A stretch of 64,000 nucleotides of DNA, taken from contig QPGO01000001.1 of NCBI GenBank assembly GCA_008632985.1, forward strand, positions 652,404-716,403, given 5' to 3'. The DNA is from Psammoneis japonica. Lineage: Eukaryota. A program made the position numbers and the translations under genes. This document shows, in pieces, positions 1-13,198 of this stretch; positions within the stretch are counted from its first letter, which is position 1, and each line of letters starts with the position of its first letter. The notes under the pieces were generated by a model, which was not told the origin of the DNA, searched no databases, and saw only the letters and a program-made list of their open reading frames with translations.

Positions 1-3000
1 CAGCACGCATGCACGGGAAAGGGCAAGACCATTCATTCCTGCGGCCAGCTCGAATGGTGCAAACAGGATGTCAACGATCGCTCTGTCAAGGTGCCCAACG
101 GCTTGCAACGCATTGCCACCCCTGATGACCATGTCATCCCAATTGACATCAAGGGTGGCCTGCCTCATGTTGCCATGTGACCTTGCACTGATGCTGAATG
201 GGACACCCTGCCCCATGTCATCCTTGCCGGTGATGACACATGGGATCCTTCCATCCTCAATCACTCTGTCGCTGATGACGATCAGTGGTGCGACGCGATC
301 TCTGACCTGCAGGACCATCCCACTGCCAACCTGCTTGACGAATGCGGCAACCACCGTCATCGTGTCGTTGTCAACAAGACCATCATGTCCGCCTCCTTGT
401 CTGCCAATCACGCGTCCGCCCTCGATGACCATGTCATTCCGAACAACGACGTGTTCTACGAGTGTCATCTGCACGCGATTGACCCCAAGGACGATGACGT
501 TCCGCCCCCGGAGCGCACTGTGCAGCCCAAGGACCCCCCCTTCGAGTCTCTTCGGCCTTGCTTTGGCTTCCAACCTGCCAATGCGGTTCGTCGCACTTTC
601 GACTGCACCGCGCAGTGCGCCCACATGCCCACCGGTGCACACCTTGGGAAGGCCCACAAATCGCCCAACCCCACCCTTAATGTGCACCGCCGCAACGAGC
701 CTGTCGCCACTGACGCCGTTTGTGCCGACACCCCGGCCGTCGACTCTGGTTGCACCAGCGCCCAACTGTTTGTTGGCACCGAGTCTACCGTCACTGACGT
801 CTACGGCACCAAAACGGACAAAGAGTTTGTCAACACACTCGAGGATCAGATCCGTGAGCCTGGTGCTCCATCCAAACTCATTGGCGACCGTGCTCAAGTT
901 GAGATCAGCAACAAGGTGCTCGGGATCCTGCGAGCCCTCTTTGTCTCCAGCTGGCAAAGTGAGCCTCACCAGCAACACCAAAACTTTGCTGAACGTTGAC
1001 ACCAGACCGTGAAGCGCATGGCGAACACTGTCATGGATCGTTTTGGTTCTCCTGCCCACACATGGCTGCTGGCGCTCATGTGCGTGTGCTTCATGCTCAA
1101 CCACACAGTGTCCCCACGTCTCCACTGGCGCACGCCCCTCGAGACTCTCACTGGCTCCACCCCGGACATCAGCCCATTGCTTCGCTTTCACTGGTGGGAA
1201 CCCGCGCACTTCCACCTTGATGACTCCGATTGGCCATCTGAATCCTGTGAGTTGCGTGGACGCTTTGTTGGCATTGCTGAGCACGTTGGCCACCAGATGA
1301 CCTTCAAGATTCTCTCTGATGAGACTCAGAAGATCCTCTGCCGGTCCAACGTACAATCCGCTGCCACCAATCCTGCCGTTCAAAACCTGCGTCTTGATCC
1401 TCCTGATGGGGAGCCACCTGAGCCCATCATCAAATCTCGCCATGACGACAACCCCGTCGATTCACCTGATGGGGAGATCAGGACACCCAAGATGCCAGTT
1501 TTTGATCCGCAAGACATCATTGGACGCACCTTCTTCATGCAGCCACAAGAGGATGGACAACGCCACAGAGCTCGCATTGTCAAGGCCGTCGAAGACCACG
1601 AATGGAAAGTGAGCGGCAATCCCGAGCTCACTGAGTTCTTCTGCTCTGTCAACAACGACGAATGCGAGGAAGTCCTGGCCTGCAATGACATCATGAATCA
1701 AATTGAGCAAGAAGACGAAGACACTGCTGTTTGGAAATTTTGACGCATTGTGTCACACGAAGGACCTCTGAAGCCTCATGACCCAACCTGGAAAGGCTCA
1801 AGCTACAACATTGTGCTTGAATGGGAAAGTGGGGAGATCACGTCCGAGCCTCTTGCCATCATTGCCAAGGACAACCCTGTCACCTGCGCCATCCATGCAT
1901 GAGAGAACGGACTTCTCGACACTGATGGCTGGAAGCAGTTCCGCGCCATCGCGAGGCGCCAGAAGAAGCTGTTCTGCATGGCCAACCAAGCCAAGCTTCG
2001 CTCCTTCCGCACTGCACCTCGCTGCAAGCACGGATGCGAAGTTCCCCAGAACTGCAAACATGCCATGTCACCAGACGAACGCAACGGCAACCGCAAATGG
2101 GGAGACGCAACTAATCTCGAGATGGACCAACTCAAGGAATACGAAGTCTTCCATGACTGCGGGCCCTCCAAGTCTTCCACTCCTCCTGCGGGACACAAGG
2201 AGATCCGAGTGCACCCAGTGTGCGACGTGAAACACGACGGTCGCCACAAGGCACGACTCGCAGCCGATGGGCACCTCACGGTCGCACCCATCAACAGTGT
2301 CCACTCTGGAGTGGTCTCCCTCCGTGGCCTTCGGCTGATGATTTTCCTGGCCGAACTCAACGAGTTGGAGACATGGGCCACCGACATTGGCAATGCCCAC
2401 CTTGAAGCCACCACCAAGGAGAAGCTCTACATTGCAGCTGGACCTGAATTTGGCAAACTCGAAGGCCACATCCTTGTCATCCACAAGGCCCTGTGTGGAC
2501 TGCGCAGCTCCGGCCTCCGCTGGCACGAGCGCTTCGCTGACTGCCTGCGAGCTGAAGGCTTCTTCCCCTGCCGCGCCGAACCCGACATTTGGAGGCGCAG
2601 CAACGGCGACCACTGCGAATGCATTGCCGTTTATGTGGATGACCTCGCCATTGCCATGAAGGACCCTCAATCTTTTGTTGATGCTCTCACGGAAAAGCAC
2701 AAGTTCAAGCTCAAGGGTGCGGGACCGATTGAGTTCCATCTGGGCTGCGACTTTTCACAGGATCCCAACGGCACCTTGTGCCTGTCTCTGCGCAAGCACA
2801 TTGAGCGCATGGTCGACAGCTGCACCCAACTGTTTGGGGAGAAACCTGCCACCAACGCCCTGTCACCTCTGGAGAAGGGTGACCACACCAAACTGGACAC
2901 TTCCGAACTGCTGGGGCCCGATGGCATTCACAAGTTCCAGTCTCTTGTTGGCTCACTCCAATGGGCAGTGTCCCTTGGTCGAATTGACGTTGCCACGGCC

Positions 3001-3784
3001 GTCATGTCACTCTCTGGCTTCCGAGCTGTGCCCCGTCAAGGCCACTTGGATCGTGCCAAACGCGTCTGTGGGTGCCTCTCCAAGATGTCGCACGGAAGAG
3101 CCCGACCATTCGGATCTCCCTGCTCCGGCCTGTGAATGGATGCATTCTGTGTGCGGCGAAGCAGAAGAGATGATCCCGAAGGACGCTCCACCACCCCTTG
3201 GCAAGTTCGTCACTGCCACCCACTGCGTTGATGCAAACTTGCACCATTGCATGCTCACCGGACGCTTTGTCATGGGAATGCTCCACTTCCTCAACAAATT
3301 CCCGGCTGATTGGTTCTCTAAGAAGCAAGCCACCATGGAGACTGCAACCTGTGGGTCTGAATTTGTTGCCGCAAGGACTTGTGTTGAGCAGATTGTCAAC
3401 CTGTGCATCACCCTGCACTGCCTTGGCGTCCCGATCCATGACATCAGTTGCATGTTCGGTGACAACAAGTCGGTTGTAGACAGTGCCACCATCCCGCACT
3501 CCAAGTTACACAAGCGACACACCGCACTGTCGTTTCACTGTGTGCGTGAGGCAATTGCCTCTGGTCACCTTGAGCTCCACTTCATCGAAGGCTCCCGCAA
3601 CCCTGCTGACATTCTCAGCAAGCATTGGGGTTGCTCCCAAGTCTGGGACCTTCTCCGCCCCCTCATGTTCTGGAACTTCATTCCATCCAAAGTCGAATCT
3701 GTTTCTGTGGCTCCTCAAGCAAACTGGGGAGTGACAGGATTTGAACAGGATTCAGGTGCGCGCGAAATGTCGCGTGCTGTTTAG
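1..3784 (+). pseudogene. Copia pol pseudogene (integrase-RT-RNase H)
   Basis: In-frame TGA stops at 997, 1741 and 1900 where E2 has CGA. A 20-bp frameshifting deletion near 3087 relative to E2. Conserved Tyr replaced by Cys/His (e.g. KALCGL). Confidence 0.93.
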
Positions 3785-4006
3785 TTCACCGCGCACAGTT
3801 TTGTGTGCTTCAGTTCCACGCGTTCGGCGTGATGCAGTTTGCTTTCGAGCCACAAGGCTCACAAGAATGACAACAGCAGCCCGATCACACCGACTCACAC
3901 GTCTTTCGGCTCCTGTGACGGTCTCTGAGCGGAGACTCATCTGCTGTTTAGACAGCAGCAAGGAGTTGTTGTTTGAACTCTTGCCATTTGCCTTCAATTT
4001 CTGTCA
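3732..4006 (+). repeat. 3' LTR of E1 (275 bp)
   Basis: TGACAG...CTGTCA termini; homologous to 17893-18168 and 24675-24950. Confidence 0.95.
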
Positions 4007-4164
4007 CTGCAAGCATGAAGGAGGAGATGCATTCGCAAAATTGCCTCTTTTTCTGTTGGCAGTCATTCATGTTTTCATTGCAGCGTGAGTTTGCTGTGGA
4101 GCTCGCATGCACAATTCTGCAGGCCCAATGTCACACGAAGTCCCACCTGGGGCTGGAACCCATT
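4007..4164 (-). mobile_element. Truncated GAC-family MITE (subfamily B) into which E1 appears to have inserted
   Basis: Colinear with 11612-11769; ends in gtcccacctggggctggaacccat; starts directly after the LTR. Confidence 0.8.
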
Positions 4165-4559
4165 GCACGCTTTTGAAGATTCATGTCCAACAATGGCGCA
4201 AGCAAGGGCTTTGATGAAAGAGAAAATTCCAGAGGAGAGACAGGCCTGCAAGTGTTGAATCTGAATTTCATCATGGTGTGTTTGTGGTTGCCAATTTTTC
4301 TCAATGCAAATTGTTTGTTTGCAGTTGAGCTCACCGAGACAAGTTCCTCCTCTGCAGATGTTGACAAGTTTGCAGCCAGGAAAGGTCTCAAATCTGGCAA
4401 CATTGCTTGCAACGAGTGGGGCACTCATGTCACAGGTTGGCTTGCTTTGTTCATGATGTTGAGGAAGAGATCAGAGTTCCAGACAAATGTTGTTGCAATT
4501 TGTTTGTTTTGAAAAAGCTTTGTTTTCAAGTCGGTCCAAAATTGGCCCCCATGTGAAAA

Positions 4560-5860
4560 TTTTTACAAGCAAAAGGAAGTTTTCTAAATGTTCACAAGTT
4601 GGATCGAAAGTGGTCAAAATCACTTCACCTTATAAAAAGTGTTCATGAGTTGGATCGAAAGTGGACAAAATCACTTCCCCTTTTAAAAGGTCATTGCAAG
4701 TTGGATCAAAATCACTTCCTCTCATAAAAAGTTTTTGCAAGCAGGGTCAAAAGCGGTCAAAATCACTTCCCCTTGCAAATGTTTTCATGGGTCAGAATGA
4801 AAGTGGATGAACCCACTTCCCCTTGTAAAAAGGTTTTACAAGTCAGTTTGAAGGTGGTCAAAATCACTTCCCCTTTGCAAAAGTTTTTGTGAGTGAGTTG
4901 GATCGAAAGTGGATGAGTCCACTTCCCCTTGTGTGAGGTGTTTGTGAGTCAGATGGAAAGTGGTCAAAATCACTTCCCCTTGCAAAAGTTTTTAAAGTCG
5001 AATTGAAAGTGGTCGAAATCACTTCCCCTCACAAAAGTTTTTACAAGCCGGTTCGAAAGTGGTCGAAATCACTTCCCCTCATGCAAAGTGTTTGCAAGCA
5101 GGAACGAAAGTGGACGAGTCCACTTCTCATAAAAAGGTTTCACAGGTTGGATCAAAAATGGTCAAAATCATTTCCCCTTGTAAAAGTCATTGCAAGTCGG
5201 GTCGAAAGTGGATGGGTCCACTTGCCCTCACATGAAGTGTTTGCAAGTCAGATTGAAAGTGGTCAAAATCACTTCCCCTTGTAAAAGTTTTTATGAGCAG
5301 GATCAAAAGCGGTCAAAATCACTTCCCCTTGTGAATGTTTTTGTGAGTTGGAATGAAAGTGGTTGAAATCACTCATCCCCACAAAAGGTTTTGTGAGCAG
5401 GGTCAAAAGCTGTCAAAATCACTTCCCCTTGTGAATGTTTTTGCAAGTTGGAATGAAAGCAGACGAGTCCACTTCCCCTTGTAAAAAGGTTTTTCAAGTC
5501 GGATCAAAAGTGGTCAAAATCACTTCCCCTTGTGGGTTGGATCGAAAGTTTTTACAAGTCAGATTGAAAGTTGATGAATCCACTTCCCCTCATGTGAAGT
5601 GTTCGCAAGTGATTGAAATCACTTCTCCTCATAAAAGTTTTTCTAAAAATTTGCAAGTTGGATCAAAAGTGGTCAACATCACTTCCCCTCATAAAAATTT
5701 TTTACAAGTCGGATTGAAAGTGGAAGGATCCAGCAGTTCACCTTGCAAAAAATGTTTGTGAGTCAGATCGAAAGTGGTTGAAATCACTTCCCCTTGTAAA
5801 AGTGTTTGCAGGTCAGAATGAAAGAGGACGAATCCACTTCCCCTTGTGAAAATTTGTCAA
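4560..5860. repeat. Minisatellite, ~51-bp unit, about 24-25 degenerate copies
   Basis: Recurrent GAAAGTGGTCAAAATCACTTCCCCTTGTAAAAG and the variant GAAAGTGGATGAGTCCACTTCCCC at ~51-bp spacing. Confidence 0.93.
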
Positions 5861-7699
5861 AATTTTGTCAAAGTCATCTGTCCCAACAAAATTAGAGTTG
5901 GGAAATCGACCGGCTCAGACTCATGTTTAAGAAGGGCCATTGTTGATCAAAATGCATGTGAGCCCTTCTTGGTTGACAGCATTCAATGGCAACCACCTTT
6001 TGCCCAAACACACCTGGAAATGTGTGGAATTTGTGCCAACTTCACTTGTGCATTCTGTGCCAGTCATTGAGCATAAAATTTTCATAAAATCAAAACCCGT
6101 GCGATGAAATGACTGGGAATCATCTTGTCAGTTGCCAGACAAAACTTCACAGGCAAAGTTCATTCCATGAAAGCAAAAGTTCTACATTGTCACAGTGGTG
6201 TTCGGATGACCTGCGGTCATTGTGACAACTGCTCATCCCCAGACCCCTTCCACCATTCAGATCGTGTCCTGACATTTTTTGCGTGCATTTGCAAAACACC
6301 CAAACACCATTGCACACAAAATGGGCCTCTTTGAACCAGCCAAACATGCAAACATTTTAGCTGCAAGAGCAGGCTGGTCACACTCTAAATTCATCATTTC
6401 CTTTCCATTTGCATCTCTTGCAATTCACTCTGTCTTCCGGTTTGTTTTTTGAGCATGTTGCTCCTCAGTTGTGATTTGATTTTGGTTTGTCTGGGTCATT
6501 TGTTGTCTTGTTCTTGCTCTTTTCTTGGCAGCCCCCTCTCTTTGTCAAAGAACCATGTGGCTGCCAGCCATGGTTTCTCTCAGAAGTCACCACTTGCTTT
6601 CACCAGTCAAGCTTCCTTGCTTGCCAGCTTGAATGGAGCTGACACGTTCCAGGTCCAGGTGGGACCTTGCACTGCTGAACTGTGACATCAACAGTTTTTC
6701 GAATCACGTCGCACAATGTGCGCGCACATTTCCATGTGATTTTGGCAAAATTTTGGATCATTTTGCAGTGCAATTGTCAGACGATCCATTCAACAACTTT
6801 CAATGTTTTTTTCTTGTGCGCCATTCTCAAGTGTCTTAGCCAAGAGGGTGGTCCAGAGATTGCTTGGCACCAATTTTTTGCAGACTCCACATGTTTCACT
6901 CTCGTGCACAATTCCCACCAGCATCGCTGCAGCCACACCAAACCATGGGCCAAAGCACGGCAAAAGCACAATCTGATTTCAAAAAAATGATGCGCCAACG
7001 TGAGTGCCCGTTGGCATCACTGCTGTGGTCCTGCAGCTTCTGTTGCACCTTCCTGATTGATTTGAGGGCATCTGGTGGACATCTTCTGACCTCACTGCTC
7101 ATCTGCAGCATGGAGGAATTGGCGGCATTGATGATGACACAGTGCAGCGTGCTCTTTCTCTGGAGCAAAACTTGATTTTTGACCATCACCTGCATCTGCA
7201 TTCAAGGTGCTTTGTGTTGGGTGATGCAAAGTGCAGCGACCCTGAAGCACAAAGGAGTGCCTCACTTGCTGATCCTGAATGTCAATGCCTGACATGATCC
7301 ATGGTCATTTCAGCAACAAGAAGCACCCTGACATTGAAAATCACATTGACCTGTTCTCAAGAAAACACTGTCAAATTGGTGATCACCCTCAGCCTCTGAA
7401 CGATCAGCCACAATGCCCGCCATGATGCCATCTTCTCAAACTGGACAAAGGGCTGATGGTCAATTGGGTCAAATGGCTGCTGCAGCTTCAACAGCACCAG
7501 CCACGCCAGCGGCTGCAACTGTCACTCCGACACCTTGTGCTGCCGGCAGCACCCCAGCACCTGCAACCAAAGAGCTGCCTCCTTGTCAGCCCAACTCCAA
7601 GAGCATGCTCCTCTGCCATCCAGCAACTGCAAGCAATGCATCAGACAGTCATGACGGAAGCTGTGACAGAAGCGGAATTGCCTTGGTCTGTGTCCTTTC

Positions 7700-9000
7700 C
7701 AGATTGTCTTCCAGCCGCCCGTCCATTGACCCGTTGCCACAAGAGCATTCCGACAGAGACTTTCATCTGCGACAACATGATGCCAATGTTCTTTCATCCG
7801 ACTGGGATGTTGTCAATGAAACACACTTGACGCTCGAAGCCATTCCTCAGGCTCTAAATCCTTCTTCCCCCGGGCAGGCACCATCCACAGCTTGGGCAAA
7901 AGGACACCAGGACAGACAAGCTCCAGTGGAGACCCCCCCACTGAATGCACAAGTCAACACACGTGCAGACAGGTTGGCAGGAAGATGCCAAGGACAATGT
8001 GACGCAGACACAACGGAGGTGCTTCCCTTTCCCCATTGTCAATCACACCTTTGCCTTGCCGATGGTGCGGTCACTGCAGGAATGAAATCAACGGTCAGAT
8101 GTGCCACAACGGCTCCTGCTCTCTTGGCATGTGTTCGGGAAAGAAACGATTGGGATGAATCTGTCACAGAAAAGATCAGCTGGAAGGTCCATGCAACATT
8201 GGTGCGGGTGCTCCAAGAAACATGTGTCCATGGTCAAACTCATCCACAACCTTCTTCCAACAAACAAGATCACTCATCTGTGCAAACCTGTGTGGCCACA
8301 TCATTGCCTCAAGTGTGAACACCCCATGGAGGATCGCGACCACATTTTAAGATGCCCCACCAATGAGGCCTGGCATTGCAAATTCCCACAGGGCTTGCGA
8401 AAATGCTGCAACAAAATTGACACAATGCCGCCTCTGCGCGATCTGCTGCTGACTTCACTTGAGACATGGCCAAGAGGTGAGATGCAGTGTGAATCAGACA
8501 TTGCCCCAATGCTGCACATGCCATGGAAAGCCCAGTCAGAAATGGGATGGCGACAAGTTTTTAACGGATGGCACTCTGCCCTTTGGAATGTGTTTCAGGA
8601 GACACATCTTCGTGAGACGGGTCTGTTGGAGAAACACAGGAAAGAGAATCAACCTCCTCCAGTGTGGGGAGTGCAGATGGGAACTTACATTTGGAAGTCC
8701 TGGTGGGAACTGTGGGAAGAACACAATCAGGAGGTTCATGGTCATGACGCAGATTCGAGGAAATCATCTTTACAACGTCAGGCAAAAGCCGAGCTCACAG
8801 CTGTCTAAAACAAAAGACAGGATTGTTTGGCCAGAGACAGAGAGGTGCTGCTGGATTCAGCAGACAACCACATGACCCACTCTACACTGCGGATTGTGAA
8901 TTGGGTTGCTGTGGTTAAACCACGTCTAAAAGAAAGCCCAAAGAAGGCGAAGCGCGAGGCGCTTCATGGCGCTTGCTCCATTGCAAGCTATTTTGGATGG
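7700..9000 (+). pseudogene. Non-LTR retrotransposon ORF2 3' fragment (RNase H, Zn knuckle, Trp-rich C-terminus)
   Basis: WAKGHQD...AQVNTRADRLA (RNase H), CLKCEHPMEDRDHILRC, QSEMGWRQVFNG, WWELWEEHNQEVHG; frameshifted. Confidence 0.8.
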
Positions 9001-9172
9001 GTGTCATCTCATGATGATGCCCCTTCCGGCTGGTCCCAAGAAGCTTCTGCCCCACTTGACGGTGTGCTGGAAGTGTGGGTCAGCCGGCACCGGCTTGGCT
9101 GGCAAAGGAGTGACAGCACTTTAAATGTAGATCTGGATTTTTTTTTACAGAAGCAGAATTGGTTGCAAACTC

Positions 9173-9600
9173 ATGGATGTTGAGAGCAATTTTGAATGGA
9201 CCGTTCATGTCACGAAGCATGCGCGACGTTGCAGATGCACAAAATGGCAAACAATTTGTCGCGACAAGTGTGGTTGGGACATTGTTGATCACCACAAATG
9301 CATGGGCTGCAGCGCTGTTTTAGAAAAACATGGCAGTGTTCCAGGAGGCAAACATGACGGTGGAAAACCAGGTCCTGCCGCTTGTGACATTAACTCGGTT
9401 GCTCCTGTTGCACTGTTTGCGGCAGCTGCACTTCCTCAGAAAATGATCGAGTTCTGTGGAGAAGCTGGGGTTGCCCATCCAGCAAGATCAATGCTGCATC
9501 AAATGCGCAATGATGCAAAGGACCAAATTCTGACATTGTCCCCAGAGACTTTGCAGAAGAATCGAGCGGCTTCTGGAGTCAGTTGCTTTGTGAGTCCCGC
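9173..9600 (+). pseudogene. Possible DDE transposase N-terminal fragment (Mutator-like/Kolobok-type Zn finger plus helical region)
   Basis: CRC...HKCMGC, then DINSVAPVALFAAAA...MIEFCGEAGVAHP...MLHQMRNDAKDQILTLS; resemblance judged by eye only. Confidence 0.4.
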
Positions 9601-10645
9601 GGTTGAAAGCAGTTGTTTGGATGACTGGACTTGTTTTTACATTGTTGCTGGATTCAATTTCTCTGCTGCACATGCCCTCAATGAAGCCTGAAGTTAGCAG
9701 AGACCTGTCATCATCCTCACATGGTGTTTCAGGATGAAAACCAAGCTCGCGGGGTGTTGAAGGCAATGCTGGCGGGTGTCGGCCTGGGTCTGCGGCTGTC
9801 GCTGTCATCGTCTTATGGAAAATGTCAGCCTCTGGCAACTGCCACAGTGCTGGTTGTTTCAACACAGCTCTGCACCATGCATTTGCGGTCTTGACAATTT
9901 GCTTCTGCTTGTTGCAATTGGCCTGAGTGGCCTTGGTGGTTTGCCGTGCCGGCCCTTCCATGGGAACAACATTCTCATTGTCATGATGTGTGTTGGGCTC
10001 ACTCATGATGACGGTGTGATGATGAAGTCCTTGCTGCAAACAAGAACAAAACAGAAAGGCAACATGCAAGCAACAGCAAAGCATGACAAGGTGTGAAGTC
10101 TCAAAAATTAACACAGCGTGAACAGCAATGCATGAGCCTTGCTGCACGAGGCAAGGCATGATGAAACAAATCAGAAATTTCAATGAAAATTCTCACCATC
10201 AGCTGCCCATGTGAGCCTGTGCAATCTTGAGCTTGTCACATGCCTCACACCATGATGTGAGATGTTCCATTGAGAGCACACTGCAAAGCAACTCAGAAAC
10301 AACCGCATTTTTGAAATCGGCAAAACGCCATTGTCCGTGTTGTTTTGAGCCGCAAGCCAGAAAACAGTCCCAAAAGTTGTTCTGCAGGGCAAAATGCACT
10401 GAATCTACACAGATTTGGGCTGTGCCAGGCCATGTAGAAAATGAACGGGCCAAGAACTGTGGCAGGCGCATTGTCCAAAACTTCGAGCATGATCACAGAC
10501 ACATGCACTACAAACTTGGCCATTCATTTTATCTCAAAGACAAATGTGTGCATCAACCAGAGTGCAAACTGCAGAGCTCACATGCAGAATTCTATGGGGC
10601 AAATGTCACAAAAAGTCCCACCTGGGACTGGAACCCATCAAGCTG

Positions 10646-12870
10646 TCAACGCCATGGAAGGAACGCGTCTTTCCCTCCCCAAGCCTTGGCGGCATTGCTG
10701 GAGATGCTTTTCTCCTCACCGTTGGAGTTGTTGGACCATTCTGACTGAACAGACATGCTCTTGTTGTCAGACCCTTTTTGGGTGCCGCATGTGCCATCCT
10801 CTTTGTCTGGGTTCTGAGTGCATTTTCCAATGACAGCATCCTTGAGTTGAAATGCCAGGGTGGTCAAGTTGCAGATTTTGTCATCGGCCATTCGCAGCTT
10901 CTGCTTGATGGTCTCTGTTGTTGCTGCAGTTGCAGTGGAGGTAACTGACAAGTTGTTCTCCTCATCAATGTGATTCTTTTCCTTTGGTTTCTTTTTCTGT
11001 TTCTGTTTGAGTGGAATGTGTGCAGCCTTGCCTTTTTGTGCACTCCAGGCTGAGGCCATCACATCCTCATCCATGCTGCCTTCCCCTGGCATGGCTGGGT
11101 TGCTGGGATTTTCTGGTGCTTCTGGCAAGTTCTCCATTGGTTTGCTGTCCTTCAGTGATGTGGACGTCCTCTTGAGATTTTCAAAGTTGCAGCCATCATC
11201 CTCAAAGTCTTTGAGCATGAGATTGGCCCCAGGATGAGCGGCCTTGTGCTTCTCTTCACTGCATCCGGCTTCCTCCATTTTGGCAACATGTGATGGAAGA
11301 AAGAACCTTTCCATGTTCTTGTTGCATTTGCAGTGCAAGTTAGAAGAAGTGTCCCAAAGGGATGGCTGACTCACTCCAGCTCTCTAGGTGGGACCTCGCA
11401 CTGCTGCACTGTGACGTCAACAGTTTTTTTGATCACGTCACATGTCGGGCACGCACATTTCTACGTGCTCACATTCTACGAAATTGTTTCATGCTCCCTG
11501 TTTTGCGAAGCCAAAGGCTTTCTATTTTCAACATTTGTGAGAGTGAAAATGCACTGGGCATGTTCTTCAATGTCTGTAGAACACACCCGGGAAAACTGTT
11601 GATGATGTGCTCCAAGCATGAAGGAGGAGATGCGTTCGTAAAATTGCCTCTTTTTCTGTTGGCGATCATTTGTGTTTTCATTGCACAGTGTAAATTTGCT
11701 GTGGAGCTCACACGCAGAATTCTGCAGGCCCAATGTCACATGGAGTCCCACCCAGGACTGGAACCCATCGGCTTCAGACTCAACTTGAGGGTGGCAGATG
11801 GCAACAACCTTGCCTCCCCTGGACTTTGGATGTGTTCTGACTTCCATGTGTTGAGGGACCTGGGGTTTGTTGGGCAGTTTGATCTCCATTGTCATCTCAC
11901 AAAGTGTCAATCCCGACTTCTGATTGATGACATCCCATGCCTGCACGTTGTTGAGTGTGAGAGTCTTTGCATGCTTCAAATGAGCTTGTTTTGCCTGATC
12001 ACTCCTTTTTCCACTGGGGTCAGTTTCTGTGGAGCTTGTGCATTGTGAGCATTTGGGCATGAGTCTGGTGGATGTCTTGAGTGGGCAGTTTGTGTTGGAT
12101 TTTGCAAACATCTTCTGGAGCACAGGCCAAGCTTCATCGGCATCATTGGAGTTGATGTTGATGCAGCAGGCTTTGGGCTGGGGATGTTCTTCCATTGCAT
12201 TGGCTGGTTTGGTTGCTTTCTCAGCTTGTGGCTCTGCCGGCTTGCCCAGTTGCTTGCCGATCTTTTTCTCCAGCCTGGCTGGGTTGATCTCATCTGACAT
12301 CATCATCAGCCACCTGCAGGTCTTGGCGCACTTGTTGCCCTGCAGAACTTTGGGCTTGAGGAATGCATTGAATGAGTCCTTGAGGGTGAACCTGATGGCC
12401 TCAACCAGTTCTTTGGGTTGGATGTTGATTCCCTGGCGCATGTCAACCCAGTTGTCTCTTTCCACATTCAGCCTCAGACAGTGGAGATGAGTGTCAATTT
12501 GTGCAAAAGGGAGCTTCTGGAATTGGGTCTTGAATGTGCCATCTTTCTGGGTGATGGGTCCATCTTTTGCATCACCCATCCAGGTTGAAACTGCAACACT
12601 GTCTCCGGTTGGTTTGCACTTGTGGTCGATGATTGTTCCAAATTTCCTGCCTGGCGTCTTTTCTGCATTTTCTTCTTTGTTCTTCTTGGTGACCTTGGAT
12701 GGCTTGAAAGTGAAGCAAATGAAGTGTTTGGTGGTTGTTGGGAGCAATGGAGGGAGTGACGGCAGCATTGACAGAGGCGATGCTGGAGGGAGTGGCTGCC
12801 CCGCTCCTTCAGCATTGATTGTGGAAGGGCCAGGTTGTCTTGCAACAAATGACCATTCACAATGACCATT
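10646..12870 (-). pseudogene. Decayed ORF, probably ORF1 of a diatom non-LTR retrotransposon, interrupted by a MITE
   Basis: ORFs 11476-12768 and 10646-11374 flank the MITE at 11368-11769. Motifs ...CPLKTSTRLMP...LTLCEMTMEI resemble diatom LINE ORF1. TpA-depleted. Confidence 0.5.
11368..11769 (-). mobile_element. GAC-family MITE, subfamily B, intermediate age
   Basis: TIRs; TSD GGCT at 11364-11367 and 11770-11773; homologous to 26227-26622. Confidence 0.9.
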
Positions 12871-13139
12871 TTTGTTTTTGCTGTTGCCAGCTCCTGACTT
12901 GTGTCAATGGCCAACTTCAGTTTTCTTCCTCTTCTTCACCATGATGCACTGGAGATTTGAGTGGAAAACGTGCACTCTGAGAGGGATGGTGTGGATGAGA
13001 TGGATGAGATCAAAGAGGACATTTTTTGTGGCTTGCTCAGCAAAATTAAATGTCTGGTGTCTGCAGAAACAGGGCATGTTTGGACGTCAGTTGAGCCAAA
13101 GCAGATCAAAAACACGAGCTCCAAAACCTGAAAAACATT

Positions 13140-13140
<1 letters not shown>

Positions 13141-13197
<57 letters not shown>
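13141..13197. repeat. (CA)n microsatellite, about 28 units
   Basis: Directly visible. Confidence 0.98.

Positions 13198-13198
<1 letters not shown>

Larger units (their letters stand above)
1..4006 (+). mobile_element. Ty1/copia (CoDi-type) LTR retrotransposon, copy E1; 5' part lies outside the window
   Basis: Integrase (ATDAVCADT...LIGDRAQVE...QNFAER), then RT (IAVYVDDLAIA), then RNase H (DANL...GSEF...GDNKSV...NPADILSK), in copia order. A purine-rich tract (aactggggag) precedes an LTR. Colinear with 21367-24950. Confidence 0.95.
6641..10640 (-). mobile_element. Long (~4 kb) GAC-family TIR element with nested insertions
   Basis: Family ends at 6641 (gacacgttccaggtccaggtgggac) and at 10615-10639 (gtcccacctgggactggaacccatc). 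AGCT lies at 6637-6640 and 10641-10644, with one extra base on the right side. Confidence 0.55.

Noticed and set aside
4560..5860. CRISPR array
   Set aside because: The inter-motif sequence is itself repeated rather than unique spacers, units are degenerate, there are no cas genes, and the context is eukaryotic.
13141..13197. (CA)n derived from an ancestral (TA)n tract
   Set aside because: Possible but untestable here; pure CA tracts arise readily by slippage.
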